From NCBI GenBank assembly GCA_963675785.1, contig OY776562.1, positions 2,336,001 to 2,400,000 of the forward strand: a stretch of DNA of 64,000 nucleotides. The letters are read 5' to 3'. The position numbers and the translations under genes were made by a program. Source of the DNA: Anaerolineae bacterium (GTDB lineage: Bacteria; Chloroflexota; Anaerolineae; UBA1429). Below, piece by piece: positions 35,215-45,300 of the stretch (position 1 is its first letter; every line of letters starts with the position of its first letter). The notes under the pieces were generated by a model, which was given only the letters and a program-made list of their open reading frames with translations, made no database searches and had not been told where the DNA came from.

Positions 35215-36921
35215 CTAATTCGCGAAAACCCACACCTGCACGCTGGTTTCCTCAAGATCACCTATGGCATCTCGCCACAGCAACCAGCTCAGCAGAGCGT
35301 TGGCATCATCCAGATGTTCGGTCCAATCCCAGCTCTTGCTCATAGAGAAAGTTTGAGCAACCATGCCCAGCGGGCCATCACGGCCATCCGCCGGGGCAAT
35401 CAATACATCATACGTTGCATCAGCATCCGCTGCCGAAACGCATTCAAAGCCACGTGTGGCCCACAGCGCCTGCGGCGAGACATCGGCATCGATGGCAACC
35501 ACGGCAACAGAAGCATCACCCAGATTATGTGCAGAATATGTATGAATCCAATCCTCTAGGAGCGACACCTCGCTGGAAGAAACATCCTCCACCAGCAGTT
35601 CCCGGGGATCTGCGGCCGTTTGATAGCCCACAGCCGTTGCACTGCGGATGGTGACCATAGCGGCTATGGCGCATAGCATCGCCAGGGCAATACGCCCCGC
35701 ACCCCAATCTGTGGTATAGGCGCTCATGGCCAGGGCAGCAACAATGCCGATACCACAGGCAACAAGGGTCATTGAAAGCACAGTGTTGTTGGCATAGACC
35801 ACATAGCTGGCTACCGAGAGGCCGCCAAACACTAGAAAAAGCCCAATCCCCCAAAGCAAGATGCCCTCGCGTGTACCAGGACGCGGCCAATTGACGATCA
35901 TATGCTGCAAACCGAATCCGGCCAAAACCACGGCCGGCACGAGGATGGCCATGGATGAGGAAAGAATAGCCTGTCCGGAGAGCAAGCCATAGAAGATCGC
36001 CATCCCCGCCCATATGGACAGGCCAATGCCCGCAGCATTGCGTTGGTGAATGCTACTGACTACTCCCGTCACGGCCAGAATGGTGAGCAGCGGCTCATAA
36101 AGCAGGAGCACAGCGAGCTGTTTCCACCAGAGCTGCGGCGCAAAGAGCAGCCCAAACTTGCCGATGCTGTCGATAGTCGTAGCGATGCCATCCAGATTGG
36201 TGAGTAGAGCGCTGGACAGCATCAAGAACACAGCCAGAGCAATCAGCCAGTCCTGTCCATCCTTCAACCAGGCGGAGAGGCGCTGGCGGATGATCGTCCG
36301 CTGGGAATAGCCTGACAGACGGTAGGCAGCCCAGCCAGCCACCGCAGCACCGAGCAGGGTGCCCACAAAGGCACCACCTGCTACCAAGCCAACGCCGACA
36401 AGGATAATCGAGGCTTTGGCACAGCGGGAATCGCCCTCAGCCCAGGCACGCCAAATGATCACCAGCCAGGCCAGAGACATCGCCCCCACCAGAATGCTGG
36501 TCGATGAGGTGCGCGAGGCCAAGGCCCACACGGGGCTCACCAATAAGAGCAGGCTCATGCCCAAGGCGCCCCAGCGCCCCACGTAACCTCGCAGGCCCAA
36601 GGGCAGCAGCACAATTAAAGAGCCCAAGAGTGCCGGCAGCACACGAGTTGCCACCACCGAGCTACCGAATATCTCAAACATGAGGGCGTCTGCATCATAC
36701 AGTAGTGCCGAATAGGCGTCGGGCAGGGCCTTCAGACCCAAAGCGCCCAAGGCCGTGAGCAAGCCCTCACTCGATAGAGGTGCATCGCCAAGCGCCCAAA
36801 AGCGCGCGAGCAGTGCCGCGAGGGCAATCAATGCATACGCGGCTACCTCGACAGTAATCGTAAACGGCCGTGACTCTTTTCCTGGCAATTCGCTGGAAAC
36901 TGTGGAATCAAACATGCTCAT
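35215..36921 (-). CDS. Degenerate GT-C (TIGR03663-like) membrane protein
   Basis: RFWALG.APLSSE, TRVLPALLG, LLVSP...SR, LLYEPL align with the neighbour; the acidic DE pair is reduced. Confidence 0.6.
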   Translation of the reverse strand: MSMFDSTVSSELPGKESRPFTITVEVAAYALIALAALLARFWALGDAPLSSEGLLTALGALGLKALPDAYSALLYDADALMFEIFGSSVVATRVLPALLGSLIVLLPLGLRGYVGRWGALGMSLLLLVSPVWALASRTSSTSILVGAMSLAWLVIIWRAWAEGDSRCAKASIILVGVGLVAGGAFVGTLLGAAVAGWAAYRLSGYSQRTIIRQRLSAWLKDGQDWLIALAVFLMLSSALLTNLDGIATTIDSIGKFGLLFAPQLWWKQLAVLLLYEPLLTILAVTGVVSSIHQRNAAGIGLSIWAGMAIFYGLLSGQAILSSSMAILVPAVVLAGFGLQHMIVNWPRPGTREGILLWGIGLFLVFGGLSVASYVVYANNTVLSMTLVACGIGIVAALAMSAYTTDWGAGRIALAMLCAIAAMVTIRSATAVGYQTAADPRELLVEDVSSSEVSLLEDWIHTYSAHNLGDASVAVVAIDADVSPQALWATRGFECVSAADADATYDVLIAPADGRDGPLGMVAQTFSMSKSWDWTEHLDDANALLSWLLWRDAIGDLEETSVQVWVFAN

Positions 36922-36971
36922 CTCTTTACAACTAGAACGACAAGAGGATTATACCACACCACTTTTTTCGG

Positions 36972-39326
36972 CTATGGACGCTCAAAGACAAGGTAGTCAC
37001 CCGATTCATAGGCCACCGATAAAAACTGACTCAAACGAAGTACCGTTGTGTCTGATACCCCGTAGGTCGTTCGCTCACGCGGCCCGATAATGACATAGTC
37101 CACATCATATTCGGCCAGGGTCTGGGAGATGGCGTCGATATCGGTACTGGTGTAGATCAACTCGACTGCCGCTTCGCGCTCTGCGGGAAGCTCGTAACTG
37201 CCACGCCATTGCAGCTCATGGCCGGTCCAGCCCAGCAGCGTGGGGATACCCGTAGCCGCCGAGATCCAGCCGTATTCAGTATAAGAGCCCCCTACAGCCT
37301 CGACTAATACGGCTTCATCGGGGGCGTTCTCGTTCAGCCAATCAATGACCGCTTGCTCATCGGGACGATAAACGGCTACATAAGCTGTGCCGTCCAAAGA
37401 AGGTGTGCCTGCAAACCCGTCGGTGCGACTGATAGCAGCCGCCACAGTATAGACACTGCCAGACAGGATGAGCACCACCACAACCACCAGCCAGGGAGCC
37501 ATCGCCAAGCGGCCAGCCATACGCAGTGCCTTCCAACGACTAGCCACTGCATACATGCCCCAGGCCGAAGCACAGGAGAGCAACAACCAGCCCGCATAAT
37601 AGAACTTGAATACCGTGTTCATGCGCGTGCCAAAACTATCACTCAGCATGATAAATTCGACGCTGGACACCAACAGCAGACCGCCGATGGTCATCAGCAG
37701 GGCGAGCATATCGGGCATATCAAGCCGAGCGCCATCCTCGCGCCAGTTGGCAAAAAAGACCGCAGCAGCAGCGGCAGCCAACCCCAGGGCGATGGCCGCA
37801 GTCCACCAGCCCTGCACCAAGCAAAGGCCGATGACGAGGAGCCCCAACACCTCAATCAGGCGTACGACAGGCTTGAGCGAACAGCGCGCACGATCCTTGA
37901 GGGCAGGCACAGCCAGTGAGATGATATAGCCCAACAGCGCTACAACGAACACGCCGAACATCAGCATGAACTGCTGTGGCTGCGTCTTGACATCGACAGC
38001 AGCAAAACCGCCCGCTTGAGAGCGGAAGGAGAGGTAAAAGGGCATATAGGCGATGATGGCAATGGACCCGATCGCCAGGCATTCTACCACCCAGGTAGAA
38101 AGCCACGCGCGCCAGTTACCGACCTGATAGCCAACCCGCACGCCCAACACCACCAAGAACAAACCAAGGTAAACGGGCAAGTCCCAGGTGTTCATAAAGC
38201 CAAAAGCACCTAACAGCAGGCCCCACAGCCAGGGATCCCAGCGCCAACCTGTGTCGACGCCCGAGAAGAGACGCGTCAGCACCATGCTGAGGCCGCCCTC
38301 TTTGTCACCTTCTTCACGTATGATGCGCTTGGCCGGCATGAGCAGCAGATTCAGGGCCAGTGCAAAAGCCAGCATGACAAAGGGCAGAGCCAATACGTGA
38401 GGGTGAATATCGCCCAAGATGAGGCTAAAGAAGGGAAACTCGTCAATGACCTCGGAAGATTGTCCCAGGGCGTTATAGTCGTGGACGACGCGCGAGGCAC
38501 GCCACCACCACCAGGAATCGGCGGGTAGCCAGGTGCCGGTACCGGAAACAGTGAGGTTCTTGACATCCAGCCAGGTAAAGAGCGCCTCAGAGCCCAGGCC
38601 GCGAGAGCGAATTACCTCAAAGAGGCCCTCAAGATTGCCCATGAACAAGGCCAAAAAGCCACCCAATAGGCCAGCCCCAACACCACTGGCGCCCTCTTTG
38701 CCCTTGTGAGAAAGCACCATATTGCGCAGCAACGAAAAAGCGCCCATGAAAGCCAGAGCGAACACGGTCGCGCAGACCAGGTTATAGGTGATTGAGGCGC
38801 TCAACCCGGAAAAGAGCGTCACAAAAGCAGCGAGGATATAGCCAAAGTAATAATAGCTGATGCCATAACCGGCCAACCAGGGATCGGCTGGTGGAAAGCT
38901 ATCCGAATGGAGGATGCCATTGATAAAGGCATATTCCATGGGTTTTTCAGTGGCAGAAATCTCGGGGCGGTAGGCCACAAAGAAGGTAATGCCCAAAAAG
39001 ATCAGCAAAAACAGCCCCTCATTGAGCAGCAGGTGCCCACGAATAGCCTGCCAGTTTTCGCGCATTGCCTCATGATCGCGCAGCCACGGCAACCAGGAGA
39101 TCACCCCAAACACCGTGATGATCGATATGACCGCCGCGCGGCTGTTATGCAGCAAACCTGCGGTAACCAGCAGCCAGTAAGCCAGGCCGCAGAGGGCCAG
39201 CCCCACCACACGTGCAAGGGCAACGCCCTTGTCCGGCAGGTGCCGAAAAAGCTGCACCGTCAGGGGCAGAGCGGCAAAACCGATGATTGCCAGGGAGAGA
39301 TACCAGACAGCAATGTCGAGAATCAA
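36972..39326 (-). CDS. DUF2298 / Chlor_Arch_YYY (TIGR03662-like) membrane protein
   Basis: TEKPME, DPWLAG..ISYYYFG, IDEFPFFS..LGDIHPH, NTWD, RMNTVFKFY, LLGWTGHELQWR. Confidence 0.85.
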   Translation of the reverse strand: MILDIAVWYLSLAIIGFAALPLTVQLFRHLPDKGVALARVVGLALCGLAYWLLVTAGLLHNSRAAVISIITVFGVISWLPWLRDHEAMRENWQAIRGHLLLNEGLFLLIFLGITFFVAYRPEISATEKPMEYAFINGILHSDSFPPADPWLAGYGISYYYFGYILAAFVTLFSGLSASITYNLVCATVFALAFMGAFSLLRNMVLSHKGKEGASGVGAGLLGGFLALFMGNLEGLFEVIRSRGLGSEALFTWLDVKNLTVSGTGTWLPADSWWWWRASRVVHDYNALGQSSEVIDEFPFFSLILGDIHPHVLALPFVMLAFALALNLLLMPAKRIIREEGDKEGGLSMVLTRLFSGVDTGWRWDPWLWGLLLGAFGFMNTWDLPVYLGLFLVVLGVRVGYQVGNWRAWLSTWVVECLAIGSIAIIAYMPFYLSFRSQAGGFAAVDVKTQPQQFMLMFGVFVVALLGYIISLAVPALKDRARCSLKPVVRLIEVLGLLVIGLCLVQGWWTAAIALGLAAAAAAVFFANWREDGARLDMPDMLALLMTIGGLLLVSSVEFIMLSDSFGTRMNTVFKFYYAGWLLLSCASAWGMYAVASRWKALRMAGRLAMAPWLVVVVVLILSGSVYTVAAAISRTDGFAGTPSLDGTAYVAVYRPDEQAVIDWLNENAPDEAVLVEAVGGSYTEYGWISAATGIPTLLGWTGHELQWRGSYELPAEREAAVELIYTSTDIDAISQTLAEYDVDYVIIGPRERTTYGVSDTTVLRLSQFLSVAYESGDYLVFERP

Positions 39327-39341
39327 GGATACTCCTCCAGG

Positions 39342-42300
39342 TCACATGGACGCGGGAACCTCATAGATTGCAGTCTCCGCATTTTGGTAGACGCGCTGTA
39401 GTTGACCAAGCGCCGCAAGCTGCTCGAACTTTTCCAAGCCTTCAGCATTGTACATGGCGTTCTCAAGCTGGCCTACATAGATGTACCGTACATCATAGAG
39501 AGATAAAAGGTCAAAGAAAAGGGCCTCGTCTGTGGTGTTGTACAGGGTCGAAACATCGTTTTGCCGACTCAGCACCGTCGCCCCATCGTGCTGTTCGCCA
39601 GAGTGCGCCCCTACGATGACCGCCAAACCCGTATAGGAAGAAACGCGCATGCCGCCTTCGCGATAGTAGCCTACATAGGCCTCCAGCAGGACGGGCGCAC
39701 CCTCGACGTTGTTCCACAACCAGGTGATCGCCTCGTAATCGTAGGTCAAGTCAATGGTATTGCTGGCATCAGGCCAAGTGTAAACGCCGCCGTCCATATA
39801 TGCCAGACCATCCAGTCCTACGGGGCGCGGTCCAACCTGACCGTTCACCTCGGGAAAGCGCTGAACGATACGTGAGGGAATGCTGAACGGCACATAAGAA
39901 AACCCGATAAACAGCACGAGCAGCAGACCCACGCGCCACGACCAGCGTCCCCAACCGAGTTTTTTGCTGGCCCGCCAGAGCAGGGGCAGTGTCGCGCCCA
40001 CAGCCAGCCCAATGAGAATCCAGGACTGAATGCCGAATTTGAACACCGTGTTCATGCGGAACCAATCGCCGCCATCCAAAAAATCGGGGAGATAAACGAG
40101 CTCTACACAGAGCAACATGCCCCAGCCGATACATAGCAACAGCGCGATCATACGTAGAGCCGCTGAATCGGCAGTAAGAGCGCCCCAGCCAGATAGCAAC
40201 ACCAGTACCGCGCACAGCCCCACCACTGGATGTACCCAGAAGCCCAGGGCGACACCGCCAACAATAGCCGCCAGAACCACGCCCCAAGTAGCCTTGCGTA
40301 AGCCGGCTGAAAGATGAGCCAGCTGCCATACCAGATAAGAGATGGAGGGAATGAGCAGCGTTCCCCATACCACAAACCACAATGCCGGTGCCGAACGCGA
40401 TGCCGAAGGGACGAGGCTGAGACCCGATTCGGGGGCATCAAAGGTAGCGTAAAAAGGCGCATAGAGAAGCACCGCCAGCAACACTAGGGCAAGCGCTATC
40501 AACAAGCCAATACCCAGGCCATGCCATCGTGCCTGCCTCCAGCCGCGTAACACCAGTGCCCCGGTCAGCAGCAGCACGGCGGCGGGCAGAGACCAGGTGT
40601 TCATGGGACCCAACGCACCCAGAGTCACAACAGCCCAAACAAACCAGCAGAGGGCACGTCGCCAGAAGAATGTCTCTTGCTCCTGAGCTAATACGGCCCA
40701 AGCCAAGGCCGCAATAAAGAGCATAAAGGGAATGGCGATCATGTGCGGATGCAGATCGGCAAACAGGAAACTGAAAAAGGGAAACTCGTTGATGGTATAG
40801 GGGATAATGCGCGTGCCATGGCTCCAGTAGTCGAACGAGCCGAGCTGCGCTGACCCTGCCAACACGCTGCGCAGCCCCTGCCACACAGCGCCGATATCGG
40901 ACCACTGCCAATCGGTGGCCGAGGCAAAAGTAGTGCCGCCGGCTGCAGCTAATTGCTCCAAGAGCTGCGCAAACGACGAAAGGTTGGCCAGCAAGGCCAC
41001 ACAAGCCGCGGCCGCCACCCCACCCCATAAGGCCAAACGCGAATCGAGGCGCTCGCCAGACAATCGCGAGGTCAACCATCGCCCCAGGCTATAGGCAATG
41101 GAAATGGTGAGTGCGAAAAAGGTGGGAATAGCCAGATTGAAAGCCACTTCGGGGGTCAGACCAGCCAACTTTTGCAGAAAATTGACCACGAACAAGCCGT
41201 AATAGTAATAGTTGATCGTCAGACCGGATAGATAGGGATCATAAGGCGGCATATAAGCCGATTTCGAGGTGGCGTTGAGAAAGGCGATCTCCATCATCTT
41301 TTCGCCGCCGTACCAGGGCTGCCACAAATCGGGGTTGAGCATGCGGATGATGACAAAGACGACGAACGCCGCGGTAAAGATCAGTTCAGTGCGCAGGATA
41401 TCCTGCAGGATATCCTGGCCGTTCTCGCGCCAGGCAACGCGCAACGCGGGTTGGCGGCGCCAGGCGCAAATCCCGACGATGAACATCACGCCCAGCACAG
41501 CCCAGGCCCAGCCAGCACTGTTGGGGATGATCTCCAGACTAGAGCCCAACCACAGCAGCAAACTGCCGAGCAGTAAGCCTGCCGTGCGCGCAAAACCATA
41601 GCCCTTGCCGGGCAGCGCCTCAAACAAGGGAGCGATGAGCGGCCAAGCGGCCAGACCCAACAGCCACAGCACCAACCACCAACTGACAATGGCAACATTG
41701 TCAGAAACAGCCGCGAGTGAGTTCCACCCGCGGCTGTCGACGGTCTCCCGCCCCAGAGGATCGAGCGCTGCTTCTTCGGCAGTAGCGCCATCGTCCTCAT
41801 CGGCCAGCACCGAAGCGCCAACCCAATGTTGGTTCAGCCAGCCCTTGATGCCATCGAGCAGACCGACAGCCTCGCTAACTTCTTTCTCTCCGATGACCTT
41901 GTAGATGACGGTATTGCCCTGTGAAAAGACAATCTCAAGGCTTTGACCCTCCATCTCGGTGAACTTGGACAAGCCCAAAGCGGTGTAGGAACTGCGTTCA
42001 ATCTGCCCCACCATCACATAGGCCACATCATATTCATCCAGAATCTCGAGAGCTCGTGAGATATCCTCCGTGTTATAGAACTCGGACACATCCTGCAGGC
42101 GCCAATCAATGCGCGTGCCGCCGGCCACAGAGCGCTGCTGGCGTTGGTGCCAATCCCAGCCAATAACCGTGGGCAGGCCAGTATAGATGGACACCCGACT
42201 ACCCCAACGATAGAGCTGGCCCACGCCTTCCATCACCACCGGCGAACCCTCGACGTTCTCTTGCAGCCACTCGATGGCCGCCAGATCCTCGTTGAGGCTC

Positions 42301-45300
42301 TCCGCCATGACGCCATCGTTATACATGGCCCGCTTCATAAAAGCGGTGCCATCCAGCGTGGCCTCTTGCTCAGAATCCCATTTATCGTTGACCTTGCCCC
42401 AGGTGCCCAGCACCGGATAAAGAAGGCCCGCAACCAGTAATAATACAAAAGCCACCCGCCAGAGCACCTTGCCCCAGGAGCGCCAGTTCACTTGGGCGTG
42501 CAACAGATCGGGGAGGAGCAACGCCGCGACCACGGCCCAGAGTATCCAGGCTTGCAAGTAGAACTTGAAGACGGTATTCATGCGACCGATATCGCCGTCC
42601 AGCACCACGTATTCAACAGCGATGACCAGCCCGGCTCCAACGGCTGCCAGAATACCAGCAAAGCGCATCATGTCGCTGGAATCCTGACGCAGGGCCAACC
42701 AACCACCCAAAGCCAACACCGGCAAAGCTAAGAAAAGTGCCCAGGAGCCAGAGAATAGAGCCATCACTTCTACCAGCAGCAGCACCAGAGCCAGAATCCA
42801 CAGATAGCCATAGGCCACGCTCTGGCAGCGCACCAGCAGGTCATAGAGGTGCGTGCGTCGTTCGCCATGACCAAGCTGCGTGCCCCATAAACGCGCGCGG
42901 CGCGCACAGGCATCGCGAGAGCGCCGCCGGAAACAGGCACCCAGCAAGCCAGAGAGGAGCGGCACATAGAGCACGATCCAGATGGTCAGCAACTCGCTCA
43001 GGGTGCTGGTCTCGCCCTCCCACAGTTCAAAGCTGGAATAGGCCGAGCCGTAAGCGCTGTGGAAAGGCAGATAGAGGATGATGCTCAACGCCACCAAGGT
43101 CATGGTTAGCAGCACCCAGGTGCGAATGGACTTGAAATCGACATGCCTAGCGGCGGCATAGATGCCCACAGCCAGCGCCGCGATGGTAATCAGTAGATAG
43201 GTGGGATAATCCCAGGTGTTGGTACACCACAAGGCCCCCACCACCAGTGCGCTGAGGCCCACAGAAAGGCCCAGCCGCAGCCAACGGCGCTTGCCATCAG
43301 TCTGTGAGCCGTCACGCAGCACAAAGATCAGATTAACAGCCAACCCCAGGGCCAGTACCACCAGCGGCATGGCCATCACATGGGCATGCAAATCGCCATA
43401 CAAGAAGGAAAAGAAGGGGAACTCGTTGATCTCGCCGTTGGCCATAATGCGCGAGGCGTTCCAGTACCACCACTCGGGACGGAAAGACAGGGTGATATCG
43501 GTTGTTAGCCAGGTCCAAAAGCCCGTAGCGGCCTGAGACAGGCCCGATGCGGTTGTCTCCACCAATCCCCGCGACAGGGCCAGGTCTTTGAAGCCACCCC
43601 ACAAGAGCTCTAGCTCGCCCAGATTACCGATGATCGCCGCCAGCACCGCCCCCACTAGACCAGCCCCCAGCCCAGAGAGCAGTTTTTTAGCGCGCGGGCG
43701 CAGATTATACACCAATGAAACAACGCCCGAGACCAGCATGGCGAAAAAGGTGGGGATGAGCAGGTTGTAGGCGGTGGTGGGCACAACCGCCGAGAGCTTG
43801 ACCATCACGGCGCTCAAGACAAAGCCGAAATAGTAATAGTTGATATAACCACCGGCAAACCAGGGATCATAGGCCGGGAACCAGGTGCTCTTGATGATGG
43901 CGTTGAGGTAGGCCAAGTCCATAGGCTTTTCGCCACCCGTCACCGAATGCCACAGATCGGGATTGGCGCGACGGATGAGCCAGAACAGGGCAAAAGCTCC
44001 CATAAAGATAACGCTCTGCGCCAGCATGAGCTGCCAGTGTTCGCGTAGCCAACTACTCAAAGCAGCGCGGTTACGCCAAGCACACCAAACTGCCAAGGCC
44101 CAGAGCACAGCGACAAGGCACCACAACACCGTCTGCGTAAAAGGCAACACCTTGACCGAGGCGCCCAACCAACTGAGCCATCCCACGACCACGAGGCCCA
44201 GCGTCAAAGCAAAGCCATAGCCGCGATCACGCAGGCCGCTGAACAGCGGAAAGCCCAATACAAAGGCCGGCACCGCCAGCAGAAACAGGATGAGCAACCA
44301 GGCCAACGTGGGCACGCTGTTGGCCAGTGAATCGCGGTCAAACATCTCGGACCAAGTGCCGCCCGCTTGCTGCTCCTCCCATTCTTTGTCCGAGAGCAGC
44401 AATGCTGTGGGCGCCTCGGTGATCTCGACGGGGCGCGTCCGGGCGATGCGCTCCAAGTCATAATCGTCAAAGAGTGCTTGTACGGCCGCAGGGTCATAGT
44501 CCGCGGTCTTGCGATAAATCAACACCCGTGGATGGTCATAGACGGTAAAAGTCTCATCGGCATTGTCATCTACGAACTCGAATCCCAACAGAGACGGGCG
44601 CGAGGTGAACTCGGCTACCAACTCAAAGCCCAGGTCACCGTCGAACAAAGCCTCATAGTAGGCCGTGGCCATGGGGTAGCGGCTCTCCATACGAGGGATG
44701 GAACCATAAAGGCGATTGCTGGAGAGGATGATGTAATCCGCCTGATCCAGCCAATTGTAAAGCGACTCGCGCTTGTCCTCAATGTCCTCCCAGTAGAGAT
44801 CCATGGTGATGATGTCATACTCGATGCTGGCATTATGACCATCGATATTGAGGGGCAGGGCGTCATCCCATAGTTCGTAGGTAATGCTCGTGCCCTCAGG
44901 GATATTCTCATAGATCCACCGTGAGGCCGTGAGACGCGTCACTGGCTCGGAATAGATGCCCATAAAAGAGATGGCATAGAACAGTGTGCCCAGCACCACA
45001 ACACCCGCGCCACCATAAGCGGCCACACGCGGCCATTTGATACCCCCCCGCCTGGCGCTGTATTCTTTGGCTCGTGAACAAAGGTACATCAGGCCATAGC
45101 CCGCCACCAGAGCCATAGTCGGATAGATGGGCAGCATATAGCGCACTGTTTTAACGAACTGGACGCTCTGATAAAAAAAGGTCAGCGTCATCCAGGTCCA
45201 GGGCAAGAGGTGCTGCCACCTCTTTTTAAAGAACATGTCATAGGCCATCAGGCCCCAGGAGGCCCACACGGCGAGGCCCAAGGGCACACCAAGACCCCAC

